From: an uncultured Actinomycetes bacterium | GTDB lineage: Bacteria > Actinomycetota > Acidimicrobiia > Acidimicrobiales > RAAP-2 | Assembly (NCBI GenBank): GCA_903848885.1 | Contig: CAINHL010000023.1 | Location: 1 to 54,786, forward strand | Direction of reading: 5' to 3' | Length of the DNA stretch: 54,786 nucleotides | In this document: positions 21,595-34,805 of the stretch, piece by piece | Numbering within the stretch: position 1 is the first letter of the stretch | Layout of the letters: each line of letters begins with the position of its first letter | Notes under the pieces: generated by a model | What the model was told of the DNA's origin: nothing | The model's input: only the letters and a program-made list of their open reading frames with translations | Databases searched by the model: none | Translations under genes and position numbers: made by a program

Positions 21595-23382
21595 CTACCT
21601 CTGAACTTTCAGCCGGAGGCGAGAAAATCTAGCCACCACCGTCCCGGCGGGCGGCGATTGGCTCAGTACTACTTTCCACGGAGCGCTGGGCGAATCACTG
21701 GAGTAATACAGCTCGGCGGCGTGGAGTGCGGCGGTGACTTGCGCCGTCGTCAGACCCACCAGGTTGGGAACGCGCACCTGGCCCTTGGCGGGAGGGGTGG
21801 TGGTCGTGGTGGTGCCACCCGTGGCGCTGGACGGACCCTTGGAAAGAATCAGCGTCAGCGTGGCGTGGGGAGCGGCGGTAGAGGGATTGACAATCGTTCC
21901 GTTAGTGACGGACACCACGGTGTCGATGGGGTCGGAAGAGAACACCGCGGCGGTCGATGGACACACCGCGTTGAGGCCCACGTTCGCGAGCGCCTGCGTG
22001 GCCGCGGCGCAGGTCTGACCGATAAGTCCAACCGGCAAGGTCACCGTCGGCACGCCGTTCGACAAGTTCACGGTGATGGTGCCACCCGACTGTAAGGAAC
22101 TTCCCGGGGCGGGGGTCTGGCTCACAATGTTGCCAATTTTTTCGGTGCTGGTGACCTTGGCTCCCACCACCAAGGTGAAATTGTCGGCGCTCAGTACTTT
22201 TGCCGATTGCGCCACGCTTAAGCCCAGCAAGCGCGGTACGTCGTGACGCGTAGTGAACACTCCCGATTTCCACGCGCCGAGTCCCCCTACGACGACAATC
22301 AGCGCGAGCAGAGAGAGCAATCGTCGTCGAGGGGATTCGCGGGACCGGCGGGACCGCGTCATGGGTGGCGCGGCATAGTCGTCGTCAAAGTGCACTTCTG
22401 GCTCACTCCAGCGTTCGGCCGCGCTTTCCGGCGCCTCGTCGCGGGCTTCCACGGGGCGCGGCACCGTGCTCGGTGTACGCGTCGCGGGCGCTACGACGGG
22501 TGCGCCCAGAACTTCATAGGCCGACGGCGCCTTAAACGCCGAATTCGTGGCCAGGGCGTGCGGAGCGGGCAAGGAGTCGCCTGCGGATTGGAGCCGCGCC
22601 GCCAAGAGTTGTGCGTTCATGCGCGCGCGGGGGTCGTAGGCCGCACCGGTAGCCACCACCAGATCCAAGGTGCCCAGAGCGGGGTCGGAGGGCAGCGGAG
22701 AATTTTGACGTCCCGAGGTGATCTCGTCCGCCGTCGTACCGTCGTGCGCGACGTAACCAGTGAGCGATTCGAACAAGATGCAACAGAGGGAGTACACGTC
22801 ACCCAGCGCGTCAGGCGCAGAGCCGTCGACGCGTTCCGGAGCTATGTAGCGCAGAGTGTCCAGAGGTAGCTCCGCCACCCGCGCAGGTTCCAGCACCCCG
22901 GCGAGGCCGAAGTCAATCACGCGAATGCGTCCATCGGCATCAAAGACAATTTTGCTGGGGTGCAAGGAGCCGTGCACGAATCCCGCCGCGTGCGCGGCAG
23001 CCAGGCCCAAGGCCGCTTCGTAACCCACGCGAGCTGCCTGGGCGGGACTCAAGGTCCGGCGCGCATCCAATACGTCGCGAAGTGAGCCGCCGGAAAGGTA
23101 CTCGGTGACCAAATAGACCACGCCCTGATCACTACCCGAGTCGTAGACCCGCGTCAGGTGGGGATGCGTCAATCCCGAAACGGCCGCGCTGACTCGTTGG
23201 AATCGTTCGCGGAGGGAGAAATTATCGGCGTATTGCGGCAGCAGAATCTTTACGGCCACGCTGCGCTGCAGGGTGAGATCGCTGGCTTCGTAGGTGGCGG
23301 TGGAGGAGCCGACGCCAATCAAGCGGGTCAGTTGGTAGCGACCGGCGAGAATCTGGCCGGGGCTCACGGTGTCGGGGCTCAT
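21595..23382 (-). CDS. PknB-like Ser/Thr kinase fold + TM + PASTA repeats; probable pseudokinase
   Basis: GRY, VAVK, DFG and YIAPE present, TM helix, PASTA repeats (VPRLLG, VPNLVG, SQSPPAG); catalytic loop reads HGSLHPSK. Confidence 0.88.
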   Translation of the reverse strand: MSPDTVSPGQILAGRYQLTRLIGVGSSTATYEASDLTLQRSVAVKILLPQYADNFSLRERFQRVSAAVSGLTHPHLTRVYDSGSDQGVVYLVTEYLSGGSLRDVLDARRTLSPAQAARVGYEAALGLAAAHAAGFVHGSLHPSKIVFDADGRIRVIDFGLAGVLEPARVAELPLDTLRYIAPERVDGSAPDALGDVYSLCCILFESLTGYVAHDGTTADEITSGRQNSPLPSDPALGTLDLVVATGAAYDPRARMNAQLLAARLQSAGDSLPAPHALATNSAFKAPSAYEVLGAPVVAPATRTPSTVPRPVEARDEAPESAAERWSEPEVHFDDDYAAPPMTRSRRSRESPRRRLLSLLALIVVVGGLGAWKSGVFTTRHDVPRLLGLSVAQSAKVLSADNFTLVVGAKVTSTEKIGNIVSQTPAPGSSLQSGGTITVNLSNGVPTVTLPVGLIGQTCAAATQALANVGLNAVCPSTAAVFSSDPIDTVVSVTNGTIVNPSTAAPHATLTLILSKGPSSATGGTTTTTTPPAKGQVRVPNLVGLTTAQVTAALHAAELYYSSDSPSAPWKVVLSQSPPAGTVVARFSRLRLKVQR

Positions 23383-23406
23383 GATGAAAACAGCCTACCG
23401 AGGAAG

Positions 23407-26498
<3,092 letters not shown>

Positions 26499-26527
26499 GT
26501 CTCTAGTCTGCCATCGCCGCGTGACGC

Positions 26528-27685
26528 TTACGCACTCGGACGTAAGCGCGCAATGACGCCCGTCAAAATCGTCGCCAGGGCATCGACGTCGTCGTGGGTG
26601 GTTTCGCCCCCCATGCTCAGACGGAGTGATCCACGTGCCAATTCGGGACGCACGCCCATCGCCGTCATGACGTGACTCGCCGACGTGGCGCCGCTCGAAC
26701 ACGCCGCTCCCGCCGAGGCACTCACCCCGGCTTGGTCCAGCAAGAAAAGAACTTCGTCACTCGACACTCCGGAAATGAGGAGGTGCACGGTGCCAGGGAC
26801 CCGCTCGACACTTTCCCCCGTCACGCTCACCCCTTCCACGGCAGTCATGGCTTTCTGGAGCCGCACTTGGAGCTCGCGACAATGTGCACTGTTGGCGACT
26901 CGTTCGTGACGCGTGAGTCGACACGCCATGGCTAAACCGACGGCGGCGGCTACGTCCACGGTGCCCCCACGTAAACCGCGCTCCTGTGCTCCGCCAGGAA
27001 CGACAGCTTCAATGGTGGCGTCACGTAATCCCAGAGCCCCCGCGTTCACGGGGCCACCGAGTTTGTGCGCGCAGAGCGAAATCAGGTGCGCGCTGGCGGT
27101 GCTCAGAGCCACGTCCATCCACGGGGCCGCGGCGATGGCGTCGGTATGCACGAGGGTGGTGGTGCCAAGATCGTCGAGTCGCGCCCGCAGGGCTTCGAGC
27201 GGTTGAATGATGCCGGTTTCGTTATTGACCGCCATCACGCTGACGACCGCCGTCGAGGCGTCGACCAACGAGGTCAACGAATCCAGTTCGATACAACCAT
27301 CCGCGCCGACGGGCATGAGGCGTGTCGTTACGTCGTCAAAGAGAGACTCCATGAGTTCAGCCGACGTCAGTACCGCGTGGTGCTCGAAAGCCGACACCAC
27401 CACCGAGGTGTTCGCGTGGCTACGTCGAAAGCGCTGGACGGTTCCGGCAATGGCCAAGTGACAGGATTCGGTCCCGCCCGCCGTGAACAAGGTGTTAGTG
27501 GGGGTGACACCCAAGAAGTCGGCGACTTCGTCGCGTGCATCTTCGATGGCGCGACGGGCACGTCGCGCGGCGCTGTGCGTACCGGCAGGGTTGCCCACCA
27601 CGCCGGTGGTCCAGGGCAGCATCGCCTCGAGCACTTCCGGTCGACGCGGGGCCGACGCGGCGTGATCGAAATACAAAGAGCTCAT
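26528..27685 (-). CDS. iscS: Cysteine desulfurase (IscS/NifS family)
   Basis: YFDHAAS, NNETG, AHKLGGP, SAGAACSSG; ATGA overlap with the upstream gene. Confidence 0.9.
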   Translation of the reverse strand: MSSLYFDHAASAPRRPEVLEAMLPWTTGVVGNPAGTHSAARRARRAIEDARDEVADFLGVTPTNTLFTAGGTESCHLAIAGTVQRFRRSHANTSVVVSAFEHHAVLTSAELMESLFDDVTTRLMPVGADGCIELDSLTSLVDASTAVVSVMAVNNETGIIQPLEALRARLDDLGTTTLVHTDAIAAAPWMDVALSTASAHLISLCAHKLGGPVNAGALGLRDATIEAVVPGGAQERGLRGGTVDVAAAVGLAMACRLTRHERVANSAHCRELQVRLQKAMTAVEGVSVTGESVERVPGTVHLLISGVSSDEVLFLLDQAGVSASAGAACSSGATSASHVMTAMGVRPELARGSLRLSMGGETTHDDVDALATILTGVIARLRPSA

Positions 27686-29046
27686 GCCACGAAATACGTT
27701 TTGGCGTTCACGAACTCGTGAATACCGTGCGTACCGAGCTCGCGACCAAAGCCGGAGTTCTTTATTCCACCAAAGGGAAGCTCGGGCGTCGAGGCCACCA
27801 CCGCGTTCGCAAAGACCATGCCCGCTTCGATACCGGCAATGGCCTGTTCGATTTCCCCCTCGTCCTGCGCCCAGATGGATCCACCCAGACCCCACGGGGT
27901 GGCGTTAGCGAGTTCAATGGCCGCGGCCAAGGTCTCCACGACGTGCACCACGGCCACCGGGCCAAAGAGCTCTTCGGTACCGGCGCGCGAAGAAGCGGGA
28001 ACATCCACGAGCACCGTCGGGGGGTAGAAGAATCCTGGTCCCTCCAGCGGCGCGCCGCCGCACAGGGCGCGGGCGCCCGCGGCGAGCGCGTCACGAACTT
28101 GTGCGTCCAAGAGGTCACGCTGGGTCGCGGATACCAATGGCCCCACCACGGTGGCGGGGCTCATGGGGTCGCCGACGACGACCTCGGACATCGCGGTCGC
28201 AAAGCGTTCGAGAAATTCCTCGGCCCGTTCACGCACCACGATGAAGCGCTTCGACGCGATGCAGCTTTGCCCGTTGTTTTGCACTCGCGCGGTCACCGCC
28301 ATCGGAATGGTGCGATCCATGTCAACCGACGAGGCCACGATGAACGCGTCGCTACCACCCAGCTCCATCACGCACTTCTTCAATTCACGCCCGGCAATGG
28401 CCGCCACTGCACGACCGGCACGTTCCGAACCCGTCAAGGTAACAGCGGACACGCGCGCGTCGGCGATGATGGCCTCTACCTGGTCCACCTCCACGAAGAG
28501 GTTGGTAAAGACACCCCGGGGTACACCCGCACGAAGGAAAAGGTGTTCGAGATAGTCCGCGACCCCGGGGACGTTGGGGGCGTGCTTCAAAATACCCACG
28601 TTGCCCGCCATCAAGGTCGGGGCGGCGAAGCGCACCGCCTGCCACATCGGAAAGTTCCACGGCATAATCGCCAACACGGCACCGATGGATTCGTAACGAA
28701 CACCCGAGGCCGCGGCCGAGGTGGCAATTGCCGTCGGCGCGAGCAGAGCTTCGGCGTGTTCGGCGAAGTAACGCATCGTCATCGCACACTTGGAGGCTTC
28801 CCCCTTCGCCGCGGCGAAGGTCTTACCCATTTCGCTGGTCATCAGGGCTGCGACGACCGGAATTTCGCTCTCGAGTAATTCCGCCGCGCGCACCATATAG
28901 GTCGCGCGCTCGCCATAACTGAGGGCTCGCCACGAGGGGTACGCCTCCTGCGAAAGTTGCAGGGCGGCTTCTACCTGGTCGGACGTATGCGTGGCGAAGC
29001 GCTGGACGACTTCTCCGGTGGCGGGGTTAACGGCGACAAAGGGCAT
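27682..29046 (-). CDS. NAD(P)-dependent succinate-semialdehyde dehydrogenase-like aldehyde dehydrogenase
   Basis: IMPWNFP, LTGS, ELGGSDAFIV, GQSCIA, EELFGP, PFGGIKNSG. Confidence 0.9.
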   Translation of the reverse strand: MPFVAVNPATGEVVQRFATHTSDQVEAALQLSQEAYPSWRALSYGERATYMVRAAELLESEIPVVAALMTSEMGKTFAAAKGEASKCAMTMRYFAEHAEALLAPTAIATSAAASGVRYESIGAVLAIMPWNFPMWQAVRFAAPTLMAGNVGILKHAPNVPGVADYLEHLFLRAGVPRGVFTNLFVEVDQVEAIIADARVSAVTLTGSERAGRAVAAIAGRELKKCVMELGGSDAFIVASSVDMDRTIPMAVTARVQNNGQSCIASKRFIVVRERAEEFLERFATAMSEVVVGDPMSPATVVGPLVSATQRDLLDAQVRDALAAGARALCGGAPLEGPGFFYPPTVLVDVPASSRAGTEELFGPVAVVHVVETLAAAIELANATPWGLGGSIWAQDEGEIEQAIAGIEAGMVFANAVVASTPELPFGGIKNSGFGRELGTHGIHEFVNAKTYFVA

Positions 29047-29062
29047 ATCCCCATTCTGGCAG

Positions 29063-30316
29063 TTATTCCTGCCGCGTCGTCGTGTCGGGCGTCGCGCTAA
29101 TAGTGCTCACAATCTGGGGGCGCCAGAGCGCAATCGCGACGAGCCCTAACAGGGCCACCGCGCCGAACAGGCTGGTCACGGCACGGAGGCCGATGAGGTG
29201 GCTGAGCGCTGCTTGGATAAGAGCCCCGATGGGATAACAGATCGACAGGGACATGGTGTAGAGCGCCAGTATCCGCGAGCGCTCTGGCAGCGGCGCGTGG
29301 AGTTGCACGGCGGTGTTCAGTCCCGACAAGATGCCGATGTAACTCGCTCCCATTACTACCAAGAGCAACGAGGCCGCCCACAAGTTCGGTGATGCGCCGT
29401 AGGCGATGACCCCACAGCACATTCCCGTCGCCGACAGCAGAGAGACGAAGCGTCGTGAGGTGCGCCGCGCCAAATTCGGTACGCTGACCGCACCCATCAC
29501 CGCACCCAGGCCCTGGGCCATCATCATCCACGACGTCCCCACCCGACCCGAATGCAGGGTTTGGATGGCCATCGAGGGGATCAGGGCGATAAAGGGGCTC
29601 AAGAGGATGGCCACCACCCCGACCGCGATGATGGCGTAGCGACACGAGGGCTGGGACCACGCCGCACGGGCCCCTTGGCGAACCTGCTGAGTGAACGAGA
29701 CGACCTCGTGGTGCACGTTGCGGGGCGTCGTTTGTACGAAGGAGAAGATGATGACCACCGCAATAAAGGACGCGGCATTCGCCGCGAAGCACCAACCGGG
29801 TGAGGCCACCGCCAAGACGATGCCCGCCACCATGGGCCCAAAAATTCTTCCCAGATTGAACTGGGCCGACGATAAGGACACGGCGGCCAACACTTCACCC
29901 TCACCGACGAGGTCCGGGAGCAAGGACTGCCACGCCGCCCACGACGCGGATGAACACACCCCTTCGACAATGGCCAGAAGGACACACACCAAAGGCTGGA
30001 GGTGATGCGTGAGCTGCAAGACGGCCAAGGCAATGGCCGTGAGAGCCATGATGACATTTTGTAACTGAATCCACGACTGTCGATGACGACGATCAGCTAC
30101 GACGCCGCCAATGGGAGAACCCACGATGCTCGGCAACCACCCCGCCGCGGTCATCATTCCAAGCCAGATGTTGTTATGGGTAGTTTCAGTGAGATACACC
30201 CCCATCGCGACCGACTGCATCCAGGTACCGATAGAGGAAATGAACGACGAGCTCAGCGCGAGAGAAAAATTGCGACGGCGCAGTGGGGCAAAAGAACTGG
30301 AGGCCATCGACGTCAC
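29063..30316 (-). CDS. MFS transporter (MFS_3-like)
   Basis: LRRRNF, IGTWMQ, GGVVADR motif A, FNLGRIFGP; true start may be ATG 30307. Confidence 0.88.
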   Translation of the reverse strand: MTSMASSSFAPLRRRNFSLALSSSFISSIGTWMQSVAMGVYLTETTHNNIWLGMMTAAGWLPSIVGSPIGGVVADRRHRQSWIQLQNVIMALTAIALAVLQLTHHLQPLVCVLLAIVEGVCSSASWAAWQSLLPDLVGEGEVLAAVSLSSAQFNLGRIFGPMVAGIVLAVASPGWCFAANAASFIAVVIIFSFVQTTPRNVHHEVVSFTQQVRQGARAAWSQPSCRYAIIAVGVVAILLSPFIALIPSMAIQTLHSGRVGTSWMMMAQGLGAVMGAVSVPNLARRTSRRFVSLLSATGMCCGVIAYGASPNLWAASLLLVVMGASYIGILSGLNTAVQLHAPLPERSRILALYTMSLSICYPIGALIQAALSHLIGLRAVTSLFGAVALLGLVAIALWRPQIVSTISATPDTTTRQE

Positions 30317-30360
30317 GCTACACAGGCGCGAGATTTCCTCGGCGCCCCCTCAGCGGGGAG

Positions 30361-30489
30361 TTACTTCTTATTGTTCTTTTGGCGCGGGCGGAATGCGAAC
30401 CACCAAATAGAGGCCACGGTCGCCACGAAACCCAGAACCCCTACGGTTCCCTTGACCTTCTTGCCGCGCTGTGATGAGGTGGACGCCAT
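30361..30489 (-). CDS. Small single-pass membrane protein, 42 aa (not in ORF track)
   Basis: MASTSSQRGKKVKGTVGVLGFVATVASIWWFAFRPRQKNNKK; TACGAT-N6-ATG leaderless signature. Confidence 0.65.
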   Translation of the reverse strand: MASTSSQRGKKVKGTVGVLGFVATVASIWWFAFRPRQKNNKK

Positions 30490-30580
30490 ACCCCCATCGT
30501 ACCCAGCGACAGCCACACGCGCATTGCGCCTCTGGATTCATCACCACGGTTCCAAATTGGCCCTCGGTATGCTGATGGAC

Positions 30581-31669
30581 ATGTCCGCACAGCGTTCCAC
30601 ACTCGGGGACGCACTCGATCCGACCAGAAATAGTTTGAACTTCCTCCGGCTCGTGCTCGCCCTGGCGGTGTTGGTCTCTCACGCCTACTCCATTGGTGGT
30701 TGGGGCTCCGGGGCCTGGTTCGGAGGAACCGCTCTGGGAACGGTCGCCGTCTGTGGTTTCTTCGGCATCAGTGGCTATCTCGTCGCCGGTAGTGCCGAAC
30801 GTAATAGTTCCGCGCGCTACCTCTGGCAACGTTGCCTGCGAATTCTTCCGGGATATTGGGTGGCCCTCGTGGTCACCGCGGTGGTCTTTGGCTATCTCGG
30901 ATGGAAGGCGCAGCACCTGCCCGGGAATTACTTCCACGCATCACCCTCACCCTGGTCCTTCATCGGCAACAACTTCTTCCTGGACTATCGGCAGATTCTG
31001 ATCGGCTCCGCCACGTGGAACGGATCTATTTGGACTTTGTTTTACGAATTCCTTTGCTACCTCGTGGTAATGGTGTTGGCGCGACTCAAGATACTTCAGG
31101 CGCGCACGGAAATTTTTATTGCGGCGGCGGCGGTATGGTTGCTCCAAATTGTCGTCACCTTCTGGCCGCACAACGAGCGCACGTTTAATCCACTGCACTT
31201 TTGGATACCGGAATACCTAATCAAATTTCTGGCCATCTTTCTCGTCGGGAGCGCCCTCTACACCTGGCGACACCACGTGGTGGACTCCGGGTGGATCGCT
31301 CTCGCGTGCGGGTTGGCCTTCTTCGGCAACTTGTACATGGGCGGATCGCTGCCGTACTTGTATTTTCGCGTGTCGGACCTGGGAGCACCGCTCCTGGCCT
31401 ATCCCCTGCTCTGGCTGGGAGCGCACCTGCCCTTCCATCGAGTCGGCGCCCGCAACGACTACAGCTACGGCGTCTACATTTACGCCTTTCCCGTGACCAC
31501 ACTCCTTACCTATACCGGTGCGTCGCAGATGGGGTACTTCGCTTTTAGCTACGCGGCCATTGCCTGCACGGTTCCCCTCGCGGTTGCGAGTTGGTGGCTG
31601 GTGGAACGACCCGCGCAGAAACTCAAACGCGCGCGCTGGCCACGACGGAGTACGACCGTAACTAGTTAG
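30581..31669 (+). CDS. Acyltransferase family 3 (OafA-like O-acyltransferase)
   Basis: NSLNFLRLVLA..V..SH, FFGISGYL, RCLRILP, NGSIWTL.YE, DYSYGVYIY, SWWLVERP; TATGCT-N7-ATG. Confidence 0.9.
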   Translation: MSAQRSTLGDALDPTRNSLNFLRLVLALAVLVSHAYSIGGWGSGAWFGGTALGTVAVCGFFGISGYLVAGSAERNSSARYLWQRCLRILPGYWVALVVTAVVFGYLGWKAQHLPGNYFHASPSPWSFIGNNFFLDYRQILIGSATWNGSIWTLFYEFLCYLVVMVLARLKILQARTEIFIAAAAVWLLQIVVTFWPHNERTFNPLHFWIPEYLIKFLAIFLVGSALYTWRHHVVDSGWIALACGLAFFGNLYMGGSLPYLYFRVSDLGAPLLAYPLLWLGAHLPFHRVGARNDYSYGVYIYAFPVTTLLTYTGASQMGYFAFSYAAIACTVPLAVASWWLVERPAQKLKRARWPRRSTTVTS

Positions 31670-34600
31670 TGTCGGCTTTTTCGACCCAGACGGATGCCTC
31701 ACGCTCATCATCGAGTTCCAAGGCCGTGGCCGTGTGCGGGCCGGCCTGCGTGAGAATCTGCGCGGCCAGGACTTCCGCGGCCAAGGTAGCGAATCCATCG
31801 GCCAGGTCGTCGATTCCTGTCACGTAGAGAACGATTCTGTCAGAGACGTCCAAGCCCGAGTTCTTGCGGAGATCTTGCACTTGTCGCACCACGTCACGCA
31901 AATAGCCGCGGCGCAGCAGTCCGTCGTCCAGCGAAAGGTCGAGGGCTACTACTTCGTTAGCTTCGCGCGACACCGCGAAGCCTCCCTGACTGCGCACCCG
32001 TAGTTCCACGTCGTCAGAGTTCAGCGAGAAAGTCCCCGTGGAGACGCTCACCTCAATGCTGCCACCAGCTTCGAGCGTCTCGGCGACCGACACCCCGTCG
32101 AGGGCGGCCAGGGCGCCTTTGAGCTCCTTTACTCCCTCACCCACGCGCTTGCCGAGGGTGCGGAAATTCGGTACCAGTTCGAAACTCAACACGTCCGCCA
32201 ATTCGGAGCCGAACTCCAGAGCGTCCACGTTCAATTCGTCCTCGACCACTCCCACTGGCGGCAAGGGTGTCCCGGGCGCCACGAAGACCAGAGCCCGGTG
32301 CAATGGTTGACGTACTTTGACACCCGCTTCGGCTCGCGCGGCACGTCCCAGGGAGGTCAAACGCCGTGCCACTTCCATCGACGCCTCCAGTTCGTCGTCA
32401 CATTCGTTCACACGGGCTGCCGGCCAGTCGGCTAAGTGCACCGAGTCGGACTCGGGACGCTCGAAGAGCGCGCGGTACATGGTGTCCGACACGAAGGGGA
32501 TGAACGGCGCCAACAAGAGCGAGAGGCGCTGGAGGACTTCGAGCAAGGTGGCCTGGGCCGCCAGGGAGTCGGATCGTGGGGCCAGAGGGTCGGTGCGCCA
32601 GAAACGGCGACGACTGCGCCGGACGTACCAGTTGGACAAATCATCCACGAAGCGCATCAGGGCGTCGGTGGATCCCTGCGGCTCGTAGCCGTCGAGGGAT
32701 TGCGTTACCTGGTCGGTGACGTGCTCGAGACGAGAAATAATCCAGCGGTCCATATCACTGCGATCGGCGCGTGAGGGAATTTCTGCGTCTGCGGGGTCGA
32801 AATTATTCAGTGAGGCGTAGGTGGTGAAGAAACTAAAGGTGTTCCACAAAGTCCCCATCATGTCGCGCAGGGAGGCGTCAATGGCTCCCAGACTCGCGCG
32901 CGTCGGCGTCCACGGAGAACCCTGTGAGAACATCCACCAACGCAGAGGGTCAGCACCGCGAGTTGAAAGTACGTCCCAGGGGTCAATGACGTTGCCGACG
33001 GATTTGCTCATCTTCTTGCCGTCCTGATCCACGATGTGACCGAGACAGAGAACGTGTTCGTAGGGCTTGGCGCCGAAGACCATGGTGTTCACGGCCAAGA
33101 GTGAGTAAAACCATCCGCGGGTTTGGTCGATGGCTTCCGCGATGTACTGCGCGGGAAAGGCAAAGGCTTCGGCCGAACCTTCGACGTGGGGGTAGCCCAC
33201 TTGGGCAGCCGGCATTGCTCCGGAGTCGAACCACGCGTCAATCACGGGCTCGACGCGGTGCGCCAACTCACCGCAGGTGCGGCAGGGAACGAGGACGTCA
33301 TCGATGGCCGGGCGGTGTGGGTCAATCTGCGATAGATCCGTGCCGGTCAGGGCGGACAACTCGGCGCGCGAACCGATGCAGGTCAGGTGATTTTCGGGAC
33401 AACGCCAGATAGGAAGAGGCGTTCCCCAGAAGCGGTCACGCGACAGTGCCCAGTCCACGTTGTTCTTCAGCCATTCGCCGAAGCGACCTTCGCGAATATG
33501 TTCTGGGTGCCAGTCGATGGTGTCGTTTTCCGACATCATCAATTCCTTGAACTGACTAGTGGCGATGTACCAACTGGGCTTACCCCAATAAATCAAGACC
33601 GTCGTGCAACGCCAGCAATGCGGCAGCGAGTGGACGTAGGGGAAGCGGCGAATGAGTATTCCGCGACGTTCCAATTCGTTGTTGATGTCGGCGTTGGCCT
33701 CGCGTACGTTGCGACCTTCCAACCAGGAAACGGCCGAAGTAAAACAGCCATCAGGTCCTACGGGGTTAAGGGTAGGTAGGCCATTCGCCCGCGCGACCTG
33801 ACGGTCCACTTCACCGAAGGCCGGCGACTGGTGCACCAGGCCGGTTCCGTCATCGGTAGTGACGTAGTCCGCCGCCACAATGCGACACGCGTCGCTGCCT
33901 TCGGGTAAGTCGACGTCGTCGAAGGGTCGTTGGTAGTGCAGACCGATGAGAGCGGAGCCGGGGAAGGTGGCGGTGACGATGGCGCCGTCACCGAACACCG
34001 ATTCGGCCAAGGCTTCGGCGACGATGACGCCGTTCACCACGCCGTAGGTGACCTCAGAATTCACGGCCACGGCCACGTTGCTCAGCAGAGTCCACGGAGT
34101 GGTCGTCCACACCGCAATGTGCGTCGCGCCCCCGAGATCCTTGCGGGTGTCGGCGTCACTGAGGGCGAAGCTCACGTAACACGATTCGTCCTCTTCATCG
34201 GTGTAGACCCCGGGTTGACCCAGTTCGTGACTCGAGAGCGCGGTACCGCAGCGTGTGCAGTAGGGAACGACCTTGAGGTCCTCATACAGCAGTCCGCGAT
34301 CGAAGAGTTGTTGCAGCTGCCACCAGACGGATTCGACGTAGCTGGGCTCGTAGGTGAAATAGGCGTTGTCCATGTCGACCCAGTAACCAATGCGTTCGGT
34401 CAGACGTGCGAATTCCCCGACGTAGGTCTGCACTGACTCACGGCAGAGGCGGGTGAATTCGGCGATACCGACTTCTTCTTCGATGGCCTTCTTGCCCGAG
34501 ATACCCAGTCTCTTTTCCACTTCGACCTCGACCGGCAGGCCGTGGGTGTCCCAGCCCGCACGACGGGCGACGTAGTGGCCCCGCATGGTCTGGAAGCGAC

Positions 34601-34805
34601 AGAGAAGGTCTTTATAGGAACGTGCCCAGACGTGGTGCAATCCCGGCATGCCGTTGGCGGTGGGAGGTCCTTCGTAAAAAACCCACGGCGTCGCGCCCAC
34701 GCGTTGTTCCATGGAGCGCCGGAAGATGTCCTGCTGGCGCCAACGCGCCAACTCGGCTTCTTCGACGGCCACAAAATTGATGTCGGCGCTGACGGGACGA
34801 AACAC
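31662..34805 (-). CDS. ileS: Isoleucine--tRNA ligase, type 2
   Basis: FYEGPPTANG, GWDTHGLPVE, WTTTPWTL, DQTRGWF, KMSKS; no C-terminal zinc finger of type 1. Confidence 0.97.
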   Translation of the reverse strand: MFRPVSADINFVAVEEAELARWRQQDIFRRSMEQRVGATPWVFYEGPPTANGMPGLHHVWARSYKDLLCRFQTMRGHYVARRAGWDTHGLPVEVEVEKRLGISGKKAIEEEVGIAEFTRLCRESVQTYVGEFARLTERIGYWVDMDNAYFTYEPSYVESVWWQLQQLFDRGLLYEDLKVVPYCTRCGTALSSHELGQPGVYTDEEDESCYVSFALSDADTRKDLGGATHIAVWTTTPWTLLSNVAVAVNSEVTYGVVNGVIVAEALAESVFGDGAIVTATFPGSALIGLHYQRPFDDVDLPEGSDACRIVAADYVTTDDGTGLVHQSPAFGEVDRQVARANGLPTLNPVGPDGCFTSAVSWLEGRNVREANADINNELERRGILIRRFPYVHSLPHCWRCTTVLIYWGKPSWYIATSQFKELMMSENDTIDWHPEHIREGRFGEWLKNNVDWALSRDRFWGTPLPIWRCPENHLTCIGSRAELSALTGTDLSQIDPHRPAIDDVLVPCRTCGELAHRVEPVIDAWFDSGAMPAAQVGYPHVEGSAEAFAFPAQYIAEAIDQTRGWFYSLLAVNTMVFGAKPYEHVLCLGHIVDQDGKKMSKSVGNVIDPWDVLSTRGADPLRWWMFSQGSPWTPTRASLGAIDASLRDMMGTLWNTFSFFTTYASLNNFDPADAEIPSRADRSDMDRWIISRLEHVTDQVTQSLDGYEPQGSTDALMRFVDDLSNWYVRRSRRRFWRTDPLAPRSDSLAAQATLLEVLQRLSLLLAPFIPFVSDTMYRALFERPESDSVHLADWPAARVNECDDELEASMEVARRLTSLGRAARAEAGVKVRQPLHRALVFVAPGTPLPPVGVVEDELNVDALEFGSELADVLSFELVPNFRTLGKRVGEGVKELKGALAALDGVSVAETLEAGGSIEVSVSTGTFSLNSDDVELRVRSQGGFAVSREANEVVALDLSLDDGLLRRGYLRDVVRQVQDLRKNSGLDVSDRIVLYVTGIDDLADGFATLAAEVLAAQILTQAGPHTATALELDDEREASVWVEKADTN

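Noticed and set aside
21795-21830. Short GGT-like repeats
   Set aside because: They encode a Thr/Gly linker between PASTA domains; not a repeat element
27535-28878. 447-aa plus-strand ORF, and similar long antisense ORFs at 25272-26399, 11502-12581, 12753-13748 and 9347-10243
   Set aside because: They mirror well-supported genes on the opposite strand and have no recognisable domains
30083-30580. N-terminal extension of the acyltransferase in the ORF track (similarly for the aldo/keto reductase, mnmA, iscS, patD-like, Rieske and DUF1345 genes)
   Set aside because: The extensions overlap other genes; family homology and start signals begin downstream
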